Of a DNA stretch of 64,000 nt, positions 9,633 to 18,783 are shown piece after piece; position 1 is the stretch's first letter, and each line of letters begins with the position of its first letter. Under the pieces are notes generated by a model that worked only from the letters and a program-made list of their open reading frames with translations, did no database searches and was not told the origin of the DNA. The stretch lies in the IMG/VR virus record IMGVR_UViG_3300045988_184255. One strand, given 5' to 3'. The DNA comes from a virus. Made by a program: the position numbers and the translations under genes.

Positions 9633-10538
9633 ATGGAACGACTCACCATCCGCCTTCCTGATGGACAGGCCTGTGTGGACTGCAACCGGTGTAAGTCTGA
9701 GCGCACGGGCGAATCCGACGCTGTAAAGGAGATGTGCTCTACACTCTATTGCCGCAACCGGCTGAAAGACCGGCTGGCGGCTTTCGAGGACACCTTCCTT
9801 GACCCTGAAGAGCTGCTGAAGCTCAAGCAGGAGAACGAGACTCTCCGCCGCATTCTGGGCAAGAGGTTCGGACCCGCCCCAGACGCCTCCGTACCTGAAC
9901 TGGTCGGAGCCATCAGCGATAAGATGCGAGAGACAGACGAAACCATCTACGCGCTTCGGCACGAGTTGGATGTTCTCAAGTCTACTTATCGCCCGAACTG
10001 CGTCAACTGTGAGCATATGCACAAGGACAACTTCAACTGTACCGCTGTCGGCGGTTTCTGTACGGCTGTTCCTGCTGCTCATTGCCCGAAGCTGAAAGAG
10101 CTGATAGAGAAAGAGGCTGCGTCTCAGACCAAGGAGGTCAAAGACGACACCCATGCCGAGTTTCTGGAACGTTGGGCTGCGGAGCTGAACAACAGAAACG
10201 AACGGAGCGTTGTTCCTGCGGCTCTGGGGGCCGTCAAGGGCCTCGTAGTGGTGTATGCCGCATCGGATGACCTCGTGGAAATCGAGGGTGCTATGACGCA
10301 GGAAATCGGCGCCTTTAATGGTGTCAAGCTGACTGCGAGTAAAGCTCAAGGTTTCTACGAGACAGCCGCTGGCGAGCCGGACATCGAGTTTCGTTGGTGC
10401 GATGACAACTCTGGCGACTCTGTCTGCCCGTGGTCTGTCATCTGCAATCTCCCCCATCGAAAGTTCGACATTCTCGATGACGAGGGCTATGTGTCCAGTG
10501 TTGGCATCGTGCTGCACATCGACGACATTCCGGAGTAA
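9633..10538 (+). CDS. Cys-rich protein of unknown function (301 aa)
   Basis: RBS gagaaaggagactgaaa then ATG; several CxxC pairs. Confidence 0.6.
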   Translation: MERLTIRLPDGQACVDCNRCKSERTGESDAVKEMCSTLYCRNRLKDRLAAFEDTFLDPEELLKLKQENETLRRILGKRFGPAPDASVPELVGAISDKMRETDETIYALRHELDVLKSTYRPNCVNCEHMHKDNFNCTAVGGFCTAVPAAHCPKLKELIEKEAASQTKEVKDDTHAEFLERWAAELNNRNERSVVPAALGAVKGLVVVYAASDDLVEIEGAMTQEIGAFNGVKLTASKAQGFYETAAGEPDIEFRWCDDNSGDSVCPWSVICNLPHRKFDILDDEGYVSSVGIVLHIDDIPE

Positions 10539-10572
10539 GTGAGTTTCCAAAAAGTGAAAGGAGTATATCTTT

Positions 10573-11811
10573 ATGAACAAGAACGACAAGGGCTATGTTA
10601 TCTGCGTCACACCTACCGGCAGCGACCTGCCATTTGTGCCCAACGTGGAGCACATTCGGAGAAGTGATTCGAGTGACCTCCCAAACCGTGCGGCGGCGCG
10701 TAAGGCAGAAAAGGATGGTATCAAAATCATCCATGATATGCCCAACGTACCGGACTGGACGTACATTGACACGCCGCAGAACCGTGAGAAAATCACCGCG
10801 TGGCTGAAGGAGCATCCTGAGATGTGCTTCAAGAAGAATGAGCCTGCCGTGTCTACGCGGTATAAGGCTACCCTTCTTGTCCCTTCCAAGGATGCCGAAA
10901 TGTGTCAGGAACTGCTGGATATGCCTTGTGGCGAGGAGCATATTCCCGCTGTGGAGTCCGGTATTGGCAAGTATGCCGGTGTTCGTTGCTTCGGCCTGAC
11001 GTTCCCTGATGGCTATACCGCAACCGTCACTGTTTGCTCTGATGACAAGGGATTCTATGTCAATCCCGTCCTCTGGAATGAGGAAATGTCTGATGTCATG
11101 TGTCTGGCTTCTGAAAGCGAGCTGGAGGGCATCTACACCTTTGATTACTGCGACAATGTGTATGTCATGGAAGTCGTCAAAGATACGTCCACACCGGCGC
11201 TCCACGCAACTACTATCAGAATTCCTGCTGTGGTCGCAACGAAGTATATCAGCTATATGCAGGGCGAGAATGTTCCCAACAATATCATCTATGCAACAAA
11301 TGTCGTTATCGCTGAATATACCAACAAGTTTGACAACGGCTTCACCGCCGTCCTTCAGATTATCCGAAGGGAAGCTAAAGTTGTTGCGAATCTCGCACTG
11401 TATGATGCGAACGGCATCAACGTCTGGAACATGGATGATGACCGTTTGTTGCTGTGTACCAGCAGGTTCAACTACGGCAACGGCACCTACGAGGTCACAA
11501 TCACAGACGAGCCGGCACCCAGCGACGAGAAGCAGGGATACTGGACGGAAATCCGTCACGATTTTCACGAGGAGTCTCCCATCGGCTACGGCGATGTTAT
11601 TACCGCTGTTTCCATTGATGGCTGGCGTACTCCCGACGATGACGCTGAAGGCGAGGTCATTGCCCGTGTTTTCCTGACCAAGAAAGGTGATATGGTTATT
11701 GATTATATCAATGCCATTGCCCGTATTGATGTGCTGGCACAGGAGGCTATCGACGAAACCGTGAAGGAACTGCGCGAGCAGTTCGTCAGCGAGGAAGGCT
11801 CAGATGAGTAG
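10573..11811 (+). CDS. Protein of unknown function (412 aa)
   Basis: RBS agtgaaaggagtatatcttt then ATG. Confidence 0.6.
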   Translation: MNKNDKGYVICVTPTGSDLPFVPNVEHIRRSDSSDLPNRAAARKAEKDGIKIIHDMPNVPDWTYIDTPQNREKITAWLKEHPEMCFKKNEPAVSTRYKATLLVPSKDAEMCQELLDMPCGEEHIPAVESGIGKYAGVRCFGLTFPDGYTATVTVCSDDKGFYVNPVLWNEEMSDVMCLASESELEGIYTFDYCDNVYVMEVVKDTSTPALHATTIRIPAVVATKYISYMQGENVPNNIIYATNVVIAEYTNKFDNGFTAVLQIIRREAKVVANLALYDANGINVWNMDDDRLLLCTSRFNYGNGTYEVTITDEPAPSDEKQGYWTEIRHDFHEESPIGYGDVITAVSIDGWRTPDDDAEGEVIARVFLTKKGDMVIDYINAIARIDVLAQEAIDETVKELREQFVSEEGSDE

Positions 11812-12148
11812 ACCGAAAAGAGGCGATATCATTATCGCCAAATTCGACCCCACTGATGGGGCGATGAAGTTTGGTGTTACAAGCACCCTTCTCGTCGTAA
11901 GCAACGATACGCTGCACGGAGTAACAGATTTCGTCTGGGTGTGTCCGTTGTCCTACGAAACTGAGTACGGCCCATACCATGTTATACTCGATGAGAAGAC
12001 GTGTCCTCCTCGTAGCGGAACCGTCCTGTGTGAGTATGTAAGCTATTTCAACATCATGGCGAACAAGTACGATGTTGTAGGTCATCTGCCCGATGAGGTT
12101 CTCACTGAGGTACGGTCTGTCCTCTGTAACATTTTTTCTTGTTCTTAA
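11804..12148 (+). CDS. MazF/PemK-like protein (114 aa); putative orphan toxin-fold protein
   Basis: N-terminal RGDIIIAKFDPTDG...TLLVVSND resembles the PemK/MazF signature RGDI..vdfdP..G.E..k.RPalVvSnd; overlaps the upstream gene by 8 nt. Confidence 0.45.
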   Translation: MSRPKRGDIIIAKFDPTDGAMKFGVTSTLLVVSNDTLHGVTDFVWVCPLSYETEYGPYHVILDEKTCPPRSGTVLCEYVSYFNIMANKYDVVGHLPDEVLTEVRSVLCNIFSCS

Positions 12149-12154
12149 CCCGCG

Positions 12155-12186
12155 AAAAAGCTCCCTTCGGGGAGCTTTTTCTTTTG
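12155..12186 (+). terminator. Rho-independent terminator (gaaaaagctcccttcggggagctttttcttttg)
   Basis: ttcg-loop hairpin plus T-run. Confidence 0.7.
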
Positions 12187-12196
12187 CCTGAAATCA

Positions 12197-12332
12197 TTGA
12201 CAAAATATCAAACTGTGGTAGTATAGAATTATAATTACGAAGCTATTTTTATAAAGGAGATTATCTCCGTTTTCCAAGTCACCTTAAAGAATCAAGACAG
12301 TTATCCCAATCTTGGGATGGCTGTCTTTTTTT
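12197..12332 (+). promoter_or_regulatory. Cassette copy 3 (promoter plus leader hairpins; leader variant accttaaagaatcaagacag)
   Basis: Repeat of the cassette; hairpin agacagttatcccaatcttgggatggctgtct plus T7. Confidence 0.75.
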
Positions 12333-12395
12333 ATATATCTACATACATTTTTGTGTTCCCGTAAGTCCTTCAAGGCTGGGAGAAAGGAGAAACAA

Positions 12396-13559
12396 GTGAA
12401 AACCAAAGTTATCTTCGAGCGCACTGGCAAAAACATGGAGGCTATCCGTGAGGAAGTCATCGTCAACGGCGAAATCACTAAGGATGGTTTTGCTGTAATG
12501 ATGGCAGCTACCAACGGCGATGGCACATTCGTACCGGCTGTTGTCGGTCTCCATGAGGTGAACGCCGCTGATGAGGCTGTGTATGCGAAGCTGGTCGGCA
12601 TCGAATTCTGCGAAGCTAATCTCATCGCAACGTGCAGCGCGGACGTCCTCGTGGGGCGTTTCGTGAACGCGAACGGTGCGTGGGACGAGCTGCCCGTCAA
12701 GGGTCAGGCGCAGAGTGGTACTGCCCGTGTCGGCATTCCCTTTGTCTACGGACTTTACAACTTCACGCCGGTGCGTAACGGGGTGAACAAGAAGATTTCG
12801 TGGTGGATTTCCCGTCAGGGTATCGGCCACGCACTCTACTGCTTCACCTCCAACTACACCGCCGAAATCGGCTATCAGTTCCAGCACATCAGCAGCTATA
12901 TCTCTATGTTCGAGGCACAGTTCGGCACCATCGACGGTAAGCCGGCGCCCGTACAGACACCTGCTGGTGGACGAAATGCGGATGATACCCGCTTCAAGGT
13001 CTACCCCAATGTAGGCCCTGCCTACATCGTCGAGGTTCCCTCTGCCGAGGTCGATAACATCGACGATTGGCTGAGTGAGCATATGGAGAGTGATGCCACC
13101 TTTGTGGAGCTGAAAAGCACCGATTCCACCTCCAAAAACACGTCCTCTGACGACAATGCCGACATCCGCGTGCGGGACATCTGCGGCGATAAGTGCCAGT
13201 GCCATGTCTACTACGACAAGGCTTCCGGCCAGAACAAGATGCGTTTTTGGCTGAGAGCTGCTTTCCCCCGTCCCGCCGATATGATTGAGGTACGCACGGC
13301 GCTGAAAGCGAACTTCGGCAGCGGCGCCGGCACTCACACCTATGATGATGGCTCCTTCGACGTCATCATTCAGAGGTTGGTGCCGTTCGCTTTCTCCAAT
13401 GCGGATTTTGAGAGCTTCGCAGACAATGCGGTTACACTCATTGAGAATGTTCTGCACGCCAAGGCAACCAGTGTGAGCTGGAACGCCGGCCATTGTGAGA
13501 GCGATGATGATGTACTTCTCACTGCGGAAGAGCAGAGCATCGTAAGCCGGCAAGCGTAA
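12396..13559 (+). CDS. Protein of unknown function (388 aa), GTG start
   Basis: GTG 12396 is 7 nt after agaaaggagaaacaa; the ORF-track upstream extension overlaps the leader terminator and has no RBS. Confidence 0.55.
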   Translation: MKTKVIFERTGKNMEAIREEVIVNGEITKDGFAVMMAATNGDGTFVPAVVGLHEVNAADEAVYAKLVGIEFCEANLIATCSADVLVGRFVNANGAWDELPVKGQAQSGTARVGIPFVYGLYNFTPVRNGVNKKISWWISRQGIGHALYCFTSNYTAEIGYQFQHISSYISMFEAQFGTIDGKPAPVQTPAGGRNADDTRFKVYPNVGPAYIVEVPSAEVDNIDDWLSEHMESDATFVELKSTDSTSKNTSSDDNADIRVRDICGDKCQCHVYYDKASGQNKMRFWLRAAFPRPADMIEVRTALKANFGSGAGTHTYDDGSFDVIIQRLVPFAFSNADFESFADNAVTLIENVLHAKATSVSWNAGHCESDDDVLLTAEEQSIVSRQA

Positions 13560-13572
13560 GGAGGTGTCTTCA

Positions 13573-13725
13573 GTGAACACAGTGATTTTTCCTGAGGACG
13601 TCGCCAACGCGGTACAGTCGGCTTACCTCCAAACCGAAGACGAGGATGTCAGAAATTTGCTTTTGTCCGTCGGCGCCGAGCTTCTTGATATCTCTCCTGA
13701 TGAGATGTTTGAGATGATTCGTTGA
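13573..13725 (+). CDS. Possible small ORF (50 aa) missed by the 60 aa ORF cutoff
   Basis: GTG 8 nt after aaggaggtgtcttca; fills the gap between flanking genes. Confidence 0.3.
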   Translation: MNTVIFPEDVANAVQSAYLQTEDEDVRNLLLSVGAELLDISPDEMFEMIR

Positions 13726-13750
13726 CAGTTGAAAGAAAGGAGAGACAGAA

Positions 13751-14020
13751 ATGACCCTGAAGGAGTTTGTTGAAAAAAACGGTAAAGAGAGATGCGTTAG
13801 CAAGATGAGACAGTGGCAGTCTGTTACCATTGGCTTCATCGACGCCGATGGAAAAGACGATGAGACGGAATTCGACGTATACCGCGTGGACACTTCCGCC
13901 GGTCTTGAAGAGCTGGCGCAGCTTTTCAACGATTTCTGTGCTGAAAACAATTTCCCCACGAACACGGTGCAGTCGGTTCGTGTGGTGAAGAGCGCGGACG
14001 ACTACTCTGACCTTGCGTAA
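13751..14020 (+). CDS. Small protein (89 aa), unknown
   Basis: RBS gaaagaaaggagagacagaa then ATG. Confidence 0.55.
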   Translation: MTLKEFVEKNGKERCVSKMRQWQSVTIGFIDADGKDDETEFDVYRVDTSAGLEELAQLFNDFCAENNFPTNTVQSVRVVKSADDYSDLA

Positions 14021-14052
14021 ATGCTCTGAAAAAAAGAAAGGAGAAAATAATC

Positions 14053-14898
14053 ATGGATTCCAAGAAAAAGACAAACAAGACTCGTTGTAGGGCTTGCCCC
14101 GCATCCGGTTTTTGCTCCGATGTCTGCTACAATAGGGATGTTCCTGATGCCACCTGTGCTCATGCCGTGAAGTACGATAAGCTGAATAAGCGTGTCGCTT
14201 CGCTGGAGGGACAGGTTGAGACGGTGAAGTTCATGCCGCTGAAGCAGCGAGACGCCGAGCTGGAAAAACTGTGGGATGAGTTCACGGATGTCCCGATGAA
14301 TCCGGACACCGAGAAGATGGAGGATGCGTTCCTCCACTTCCCCGCCGGCACTCCTCGTGAAGACATCTGGCACTGGTTCGACGAACGCTATTCCAAGGGC
14401 ATCGCTGCGCTGCTTTACGGTCGTGGCGAGGACAACACAGCTACCATCGCTACTCTGACTTATCGGAACGAGCTGTGCTGCGAGTGCGACTCTGAGTTGT
14501 GCGCCTTTGCGGATGCTTCCGGTATTTGCCGTGCTCCGTTCATTACCGGCGCCGCGCCGCGTATCCACGAGGATGGCTGCGACGATTTCTGCAGTAAGTG
14601 CGATGCGGGCTGCACGGCCAGCGTCGCAGACAAGACTTCTGAGGCTGGACGGTATATGGTCTTCACGGACAGTCCCTACGTCAGAGACGCTCAGATTTAC
14701 TGCGGCACCATCGACGAAGATATCTATTCCGAGGAAAACGAGGATAACTGGTACGATACCAGCGGTCCTGTTCTGCTCGTTGACAGAGATTTCAAGACCC
14801 TCGATGAGCTGCGGAAAACGGTGATGAACTTCTATCCCGACATGGACCTTTGTACCCTGCGTGCCATTCGGGTCTCAGCGGAAACTGTCTGCCTGTAA
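14053..14898 (+). CDS. Cys-rich protein (281 aa), unknown
   Basis: RBS aaagaaaggagaaaataatc then ATG; many CxxC-type pairs. Confidence 0.6.
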   Translation: MDSKKKTNKTRCRACPASGFCSDVCYNRDVPDATCAHAVKYDKLNKRVASLEGQVETVKFMPLKQRDAELEKLWDEFTDVPMNPDTEKMEDAFLHFPAGTPREDIWHWFDERYSKGIAALLYGRGEDNTATIATLTYRNELCCECDSELCAFADASGICRAPFITGAAPRIHEDGCDDFCSKCDAGCTASVADKTSEAGRYMVFTDSPYVRDAQIYCGTIDEDIYSEENEDNWYDTSGPVLLVDRDFKTLDELRKTVMNFYPDMDLCTLRAIRVSAETVCL

Positions 14899-14912
14899 GG
14901 GAGGTGCCCACA

Positions 14913-15365
14913 ATGGATGCCTTTTTGGAAAAGCTCAAAAAGTCTTTTGTCGAACGTTTTACGTCTTTGATGGAAGACAACGGCGACTCCGTGACGGAAG
15001 CTGCGAGGATTATCGGTGTTGCTCCGGAAGCTGTCTCAACGTGGCTGCGTGGGCGTATCGTGCCGAGCATTGATTACTTCGCTAAAATTGCGGATGTTTA
15101 CAATGTCTCTGTTGATTATCTGCTGGGTCAATCTGAGACCCAGCAGATAAAAGACATCCCCGATGAGGCGGCATATCCGGCTGTTCCCGCACGAGCCTTC
15201 TACAACTCGGCACTACAGCTTATGGCAAAACAGAATTCTCTCATTTCCCAACAGAATGCGTTGTTGCAGCAACAGAACGCTATTCTGAAGGCAATGCAGC
15301 AGAAGGCCACTGTTGAGAACACATCTCTGCCTTCGACAGATGTGCCTCTTGGTTTGCCATTTTGA
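14913..15365 (+). CDS. XRE-family (Cro/cI-type) helix-turn-helix regulator (150 aa)
   Basis: TEAARIIGVAPEAVSTWLRGRIVPSIDYFAKIADVYNVSVDYLLG is a classic HTH_3 pattern; RBS gggaggtgcccaca. Confidence 0.7.
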   Translation: MDAFLEKLKKSFVERFTSLMEDNGDSVTEAARIIGVAPEAVSTWLRGRIVPSIDYFAKIADVYNVSVDYLLGQSETQQIKDIPDEAAYPAVPARAFYNSALQLMAKQNSLISQQNALLQQQNAILKAMQQKATVENTSLPSTDVPLGLPF

Positions 15366-15440
15366 GCAGAAAGGAGATTTTATAACCTTGGAGGGGGCTG
15401 TTGTTTGCAGCAGTCCTCTCTTTCTATACATAGTCTGTTT

Positions 15441-15470
15441 GACAGAGAGCGTACAAATGGGCTATAATAG
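15441..15470 (+). promoter_or_regulatory. Internal sigma-A-type promoter TTGACA-N18-TATAAT upstream of the small-gene/kinase pair
   Basis: Consensus -35 and -10 hexamers seen in the sequence; the flanking ctctct...gagag inverted repeat overlaps the -35. Confidence 0.55.
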
Positions 15471-15498
15471 AGTTGAAAATTGAAAGGAGGATACAACT

Positions 15499-15714
15499 AT
15501 GGAAGAATTCGTAAAGGGCGTATCCAAAACTTGCCTATATGAAGACCCTCACTGTGACGAAGAGGATGCGGAAATGGACCGTCGGATTTCGTCGGTAGCC
15601 TTTGAAGCCTATCAACGGGCAAAAATGAAAGGTATTCCTGTTGCTCGCTATGATGCAGAGAAAAAGTGTGCCTATTTACTGTATCCGGATGGGAGAATCG
15701 AGTATGTCAAATGA
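15499..15714 (+). CDS. Small protein (71 aa); epsilon-antitoxin-like partner candidate
   Basis: RBS ttgaaaggaggatacaact then ATG; overlaps the start of the downstream P-loop kinase by 11 nt. Confidence 0.45.
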   Translation: MEEFVKGVSKTCLYEDPHCDEEDAEMDRRISSVAFEAYQRAKMKGIPVARYDAEKKCAYLLYPDGRIEYVK

Positions 15715-16384
15715 GAAACAGCGGAAACCTTGCATTATCGTTTTCGCTGGGCCTAACGGGTCAGGTAAAAGCTCACTTACAAGTAGAGTAGATATACTAC
15801 CCCCGTATATCAACGCAGACGACATCAAAAAAGAAACTGGATGCAGCGATTTGGAAGCGGCACAGAAGGCTGATGCAATGCGCTTACAGTGTGTAGAATG
15901 GGGCGAAGATTTTACCTTCGAGACAGTTTTGTCCACGAATAAAAAACTGGAATTTCTAAAATATGCAAAAGAGCATGGGTATTTCATAAAAGGCTTTTTC
16001 GTTCTTACGAAAGACGCATCCGTAAACGTACTTCGTGTATGGGAACGTGTTCAATCTGGAGGCCACGACGTACCTGAAGAAAAGATTCGGTCTCGGTACG
16101 AAAAGTCTTTGGCAAGGGTTCAGGCCTTTGTTGACCTATGCGACATCTGCCATATTTATGACAACTCCGGCTCTTCAACGGATAGAATATTCAAGAAGGC
16201 ACATGGCGACACCTATAAATGCAGGGAAAATGCTTTCTGGAGCAAACAGGAAATCTGTGACCTCGTAGGCATCAAAAGCAATAATGTTGGAGAACTTCTG
16301 CTTTCCGACTATGAGAAGAAGCTCTGTAATTCACTTAATAGTGCTACTGAGACTGAGGAGGACGTAGATAGAAATGACAAGTAG
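15704..16384 (+). CDS. P-loop kinase resembling zeta-toxin family (226 aa)
   Basis: Walker A VFAGPNGSGKSS near the N-terminus; size and the overlapping small upstream gene fit an epsilon/zeta-like module. Confidence 0.5.
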   Translation: MSNEKQRKPCIIVFAGPNGSGKSSLTSRVDILPPYINADDIKKETGCSDLEAAQKADAMRLQCVEWGEDFTFETVLSTNKKLEFLKYAKEHGYFIKGFFVLTKDASVNVLRVWERVQSGGHDVPEEKIRSRYEKSLARVQAFVDLCDICHIYDNSGSSTDRIFKKAHGDTYKCRENAFWSKQEICDLVGIKSNNVGELLLSDYEKKLCNSLNSATETEEDVDRNDK

Positions 16385-17084
16385 CCTTGAGGTATTACGC
16401 TCTCATGCTATCTACATCAACCCGTCATTCAGCGAAAAGCCTATTAAGATACCTTCACAGATGTATCCGCTGACGGGGACAATGGAAGTGTTTAGCTACG
16501 GCAACACACTTCCATTTCCCTCAGGTGTAGAGACCGACACCATTCGACAGGCCTTCGATGCCACGGAGGTCGATGTCGGCTACTGCTATCAGAACACCCA
16601 GCGCATTCTGGACGCTCTGGTTGCCGCAGGCGTGAAGAACGCCGTTCCGTATGCCGGCTGGCTCTTCGTAGGCGATGCCGTCCCTACCCACCACAGCTTC
16701 ATCGTCGTAGATGGCAAGCATATCATCGACCCTCTCATTCGATTCGATAAGATGAATCTGGAAGCCTATGCCAACGAGGATGGAACCAAGACACCGGATT
16801 CAATCCGTGGGGCTTTCACGGACGAGGTCATCGAGATGATGAAGCGTCCCCATTCCGAAGTTATGACATTCGGGCAGGCCAGTCCGTTGAACTACTATGT
16901 GGCCGCAAAATGCAAGCCTTCAGAGGCGGTGGCGCGGTTCAGAAAGCTCATGACGGCTTTTCCAAAACATCCATCATATCAGAACATCAGACCGGATGGG
17001 ACAAACAAGACGCAGACGCTCTTCTATGAGAAACAAGGTAAGGATATGTACGCGCCGAAAATCAAAATGAAAGGAAATCTGTGA
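16374..17084 (+). CDS. Protein of unknown function (236 aa)
   Basis: ORF overlaps the previous stop; RBS gaggaggacgtagatagaa. Confidence 0.5.
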   Translation: MTSSLEVLRSHAIYINPSFSEKPIKIPSQMYPLTGTMEVFSYGNTLPFPSGVETDTIRQAFDATEVDVGYCYQNTQRILDALVAAGVKNAVPYAGWLFVGDAVPTHHSFIVVDGKHIIDPLIRFDKMNLEAYANEDGTKTPDSIRGAFTDEVIEMMKRPHSEVMTFGQASPLNYYVAAKCKPSEAVARFRKLMTAFPKHPSYQNIRPDGTNKTQTLFYEKQGKDMYAPKIKMKGNL

Positions 17085-17086
17085 GT

Positions 17087-17308
17087 ATGGATTATCCTTA
17101 TATCCGTGCATGGAACAGGCTCATGAACGCCACTTCGGACGTCATCGAAAATGAAGTCGCGGCTGCCCGTAAAGAGAAGGCTCCACCGACTTCAGTTTAC
17201 AAGCGTAAGGATGGTGTGTGGGAGATTTTCGAGGGAATCGTCCGTGGCGAAACGAAGCAGCAGCTTGCTGAACTTGTAGCAAAGATGGAAAAGCGCTCTA
17301 AGAAGTAA
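17087..17308 (+). CDS. Small protein (73 aa), unknown
   Basis: ATG after aaaggaaatctgtgagt. Confidence 0.45.
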   Translation: MDYPYIRAWNRLMNATSDVIENEVAAARKEKAPPTSVYKRKDGVWEIFEGIVRGETKQQLAELVAKMEKRSKK

Positions 17309-17310
17309 TT

Positions 17311-17340
17311 AAAGAGGCCCGAAAGGGCTTCTTTTTTTTT
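17311..17340 (+). terminator. Rho-independent terminator (aaagaggcccgaaagggcttcttttttttt)
   Basis: GNRA-type loop hairpin plus T9. Confidence 0.7.
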
Positions 17341-17353
17341 GGCTCTGTAATGA

Positions 17354-17489
17354 TTGACAAAATATCAAACTGTGGTAGTATAGAATTATAATTACGAAGC
17401 TATTTTTATAAAGGAGATTATCTCCGTTTTCCAAGTCACCATACGTAAATTCAGACAGTTATCCCGTTTCGGGGATAGCTGTCTTTTTT
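17354..17489 (+). promoter_or_regulatory. Cassette copy 4 (promoter plus leader hairpins; hairpin variant agacagttatcccg tttc ggggatagctgtct with compensatory changes)
   Basis: Repeat of the cassette; the stem changes preserve pairing. Confidence 0.75.
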
Positions 17490-17553
17490 ATATATTTTCA
17501 TACATTTGTGTTCCCATAAGTCCTTATCATAGGCAGGGAGAAAGGAGAAATTC

Positions 17554-18117
17554 ATGACTGACTATCCTAATGAAATTGCCCGTTTAGACGCACAGCGTCG
17601 AAAGAATCACGATGCCACCGCCTATGAGGAGCTTGACAAGGCCTATACCGAATCCGGTCATACCGTGTTCATTATGGCACTCAACGCCCTCATTTCGCTG
17701 GGACGTGATACCGTCGCGGCCATGGCGCATCCTGCGGCTATCGCTGCGACTATCCAAGGGAACATCTTTTCCGAGGATTTCAAGCTGGAGGTCGGACGTA
17801 TCGCACTGATGATGGCAAACGCCGACATCGACGTTCTGTTGGCCGTTATTCAGCGCATAGTCGTCCCCTTCACTGACCCTCAGGGCAAGCGCATCCCGTT
17901 CCTGCACCCCAACGGCGACGAGGAGGACGTCTGCCCCGTGTGTGGCGCCGAGGTCGAATATCAGGGCGACCGTGAAATCGACTACAACGATGGTACGGAG
18001 GTGAGCTGGGAATGCCCCGTCTGCAAGGCGTTTGGCAAGGCACTGTACCACGACACCTTCCTCCAGCACGATTCTGTGATTGATGGGAATGGTGATTGCG
18101 TACACGACCGTGTCTGA
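17554..18117 (+). CDS. Protein of unknown function (187 aa) with C-terminal CxxC...CxxC
   Basis: RBS gggagaaaggagaaattc then ATG. Confidence 0.6.
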   Translation: MTDYPNEIARLDAQRRKNHDATAYEELDKAYTESGHTVFIMALNALISLGRDTVAAMAHPAAIAATIQGNIFSEDFKLEVGRIALMMANADIDVLLAVIQRIVVPFTDPQGKRIPFLHPNGDEEDVCPVCGAEVEYQGDREIDYNDGTEVSWECPVCKAFGKALYHDTFLQHDSVIDGNGDCVHDRV

Positions 18118-18159
18118 GCATTCCCGCACGCTATACTCAAGAAGAAAGGAGAAAGCACC

Positions 18160-18783
18160 ATGACCAAGAACTTCAAGACGGTCGTTGAAGCACTGAACGA
18201 GACCGGCTTCTATCTGGCCTTCTGCAATCTTGTCGTAAACAAGATTGTAAGAATCCCCATCAAGAAAATTATCTCCGCTGCGGAGGGAAACATTGATGGC
18301 ATTTCCAACTGGCTGGAACACGCTGTGAAAGACGCCTGCTCCGCTTTTAATCAGGACGTTACCATCGACGACCGGATTATGAAGATGGAGGGCGAGATTC
18401 TGCGTGTCACCCATTTCTGCTTTGACCCCCGCATCCGCGAGGCTTTCAAAGAAATGGGCTATGAGCGCATCTCAGAGGTGTACGAGTCCCGTGGCATCAA
18501 CATCGAGGACACCGGTATGTTGGAGAAGGTCAAAAGCGTGTTCTGTACCTACGTCTTTCTGCTGAACCAGCAGGATAAGACGCTTGGTATCGACCTCTCC
18601 GTTGTCCCTTCTGTGGGTTCCTACAGCATTCGTTTCAACGAGTGCATTCAGGACTCCATCGTATTCAAGGACGAGGCGGCAGCGAAAGCATTTGCCAAGG
18701 CAAACGGATTGGAGAAGCCGTTCATTTCCTTCTACAAGATGACTGCTTATTGGCAGCCCCTTGAGGAAGGAGATGCGGTGTGA
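18160..18783 (+). CDS. Protein of unknown function (207 aa)
   Basis: RBS gaagaaaggagaaagcacc then ATG. Confidence 0.6.
   Translation: MTKNFKTVVEALNETGFYLAFCNLVVNKIVRIPIKKIISAAEGNIDGISNWLEHAVKDACSAFNQDVTIDDRIMKMEGEILRVTHFCFDPRIREAFKEMGYERISEVYESRGINIEDTGMLEKVKSVFCTYVFLLNQQDKTLGIDLSVVPSVGSYSIRFNECIQDSIVFKDEAAAKAFAKANGLEKPFISFYKMTAYWQPLEEGDAV

Noticed and set aside
5084-13607. Long minus-strand ORFs (5084..6493, 7248..8987, 9597..10589, 10438..11568, 12339..13607)
   Set aside because: Each lies entirely inside a + strand gene or spans several of them, and cuts across the cassette promoters and terminators. None has an AAAGGAGA-type RBS, whereas the + strand genes consistently do.
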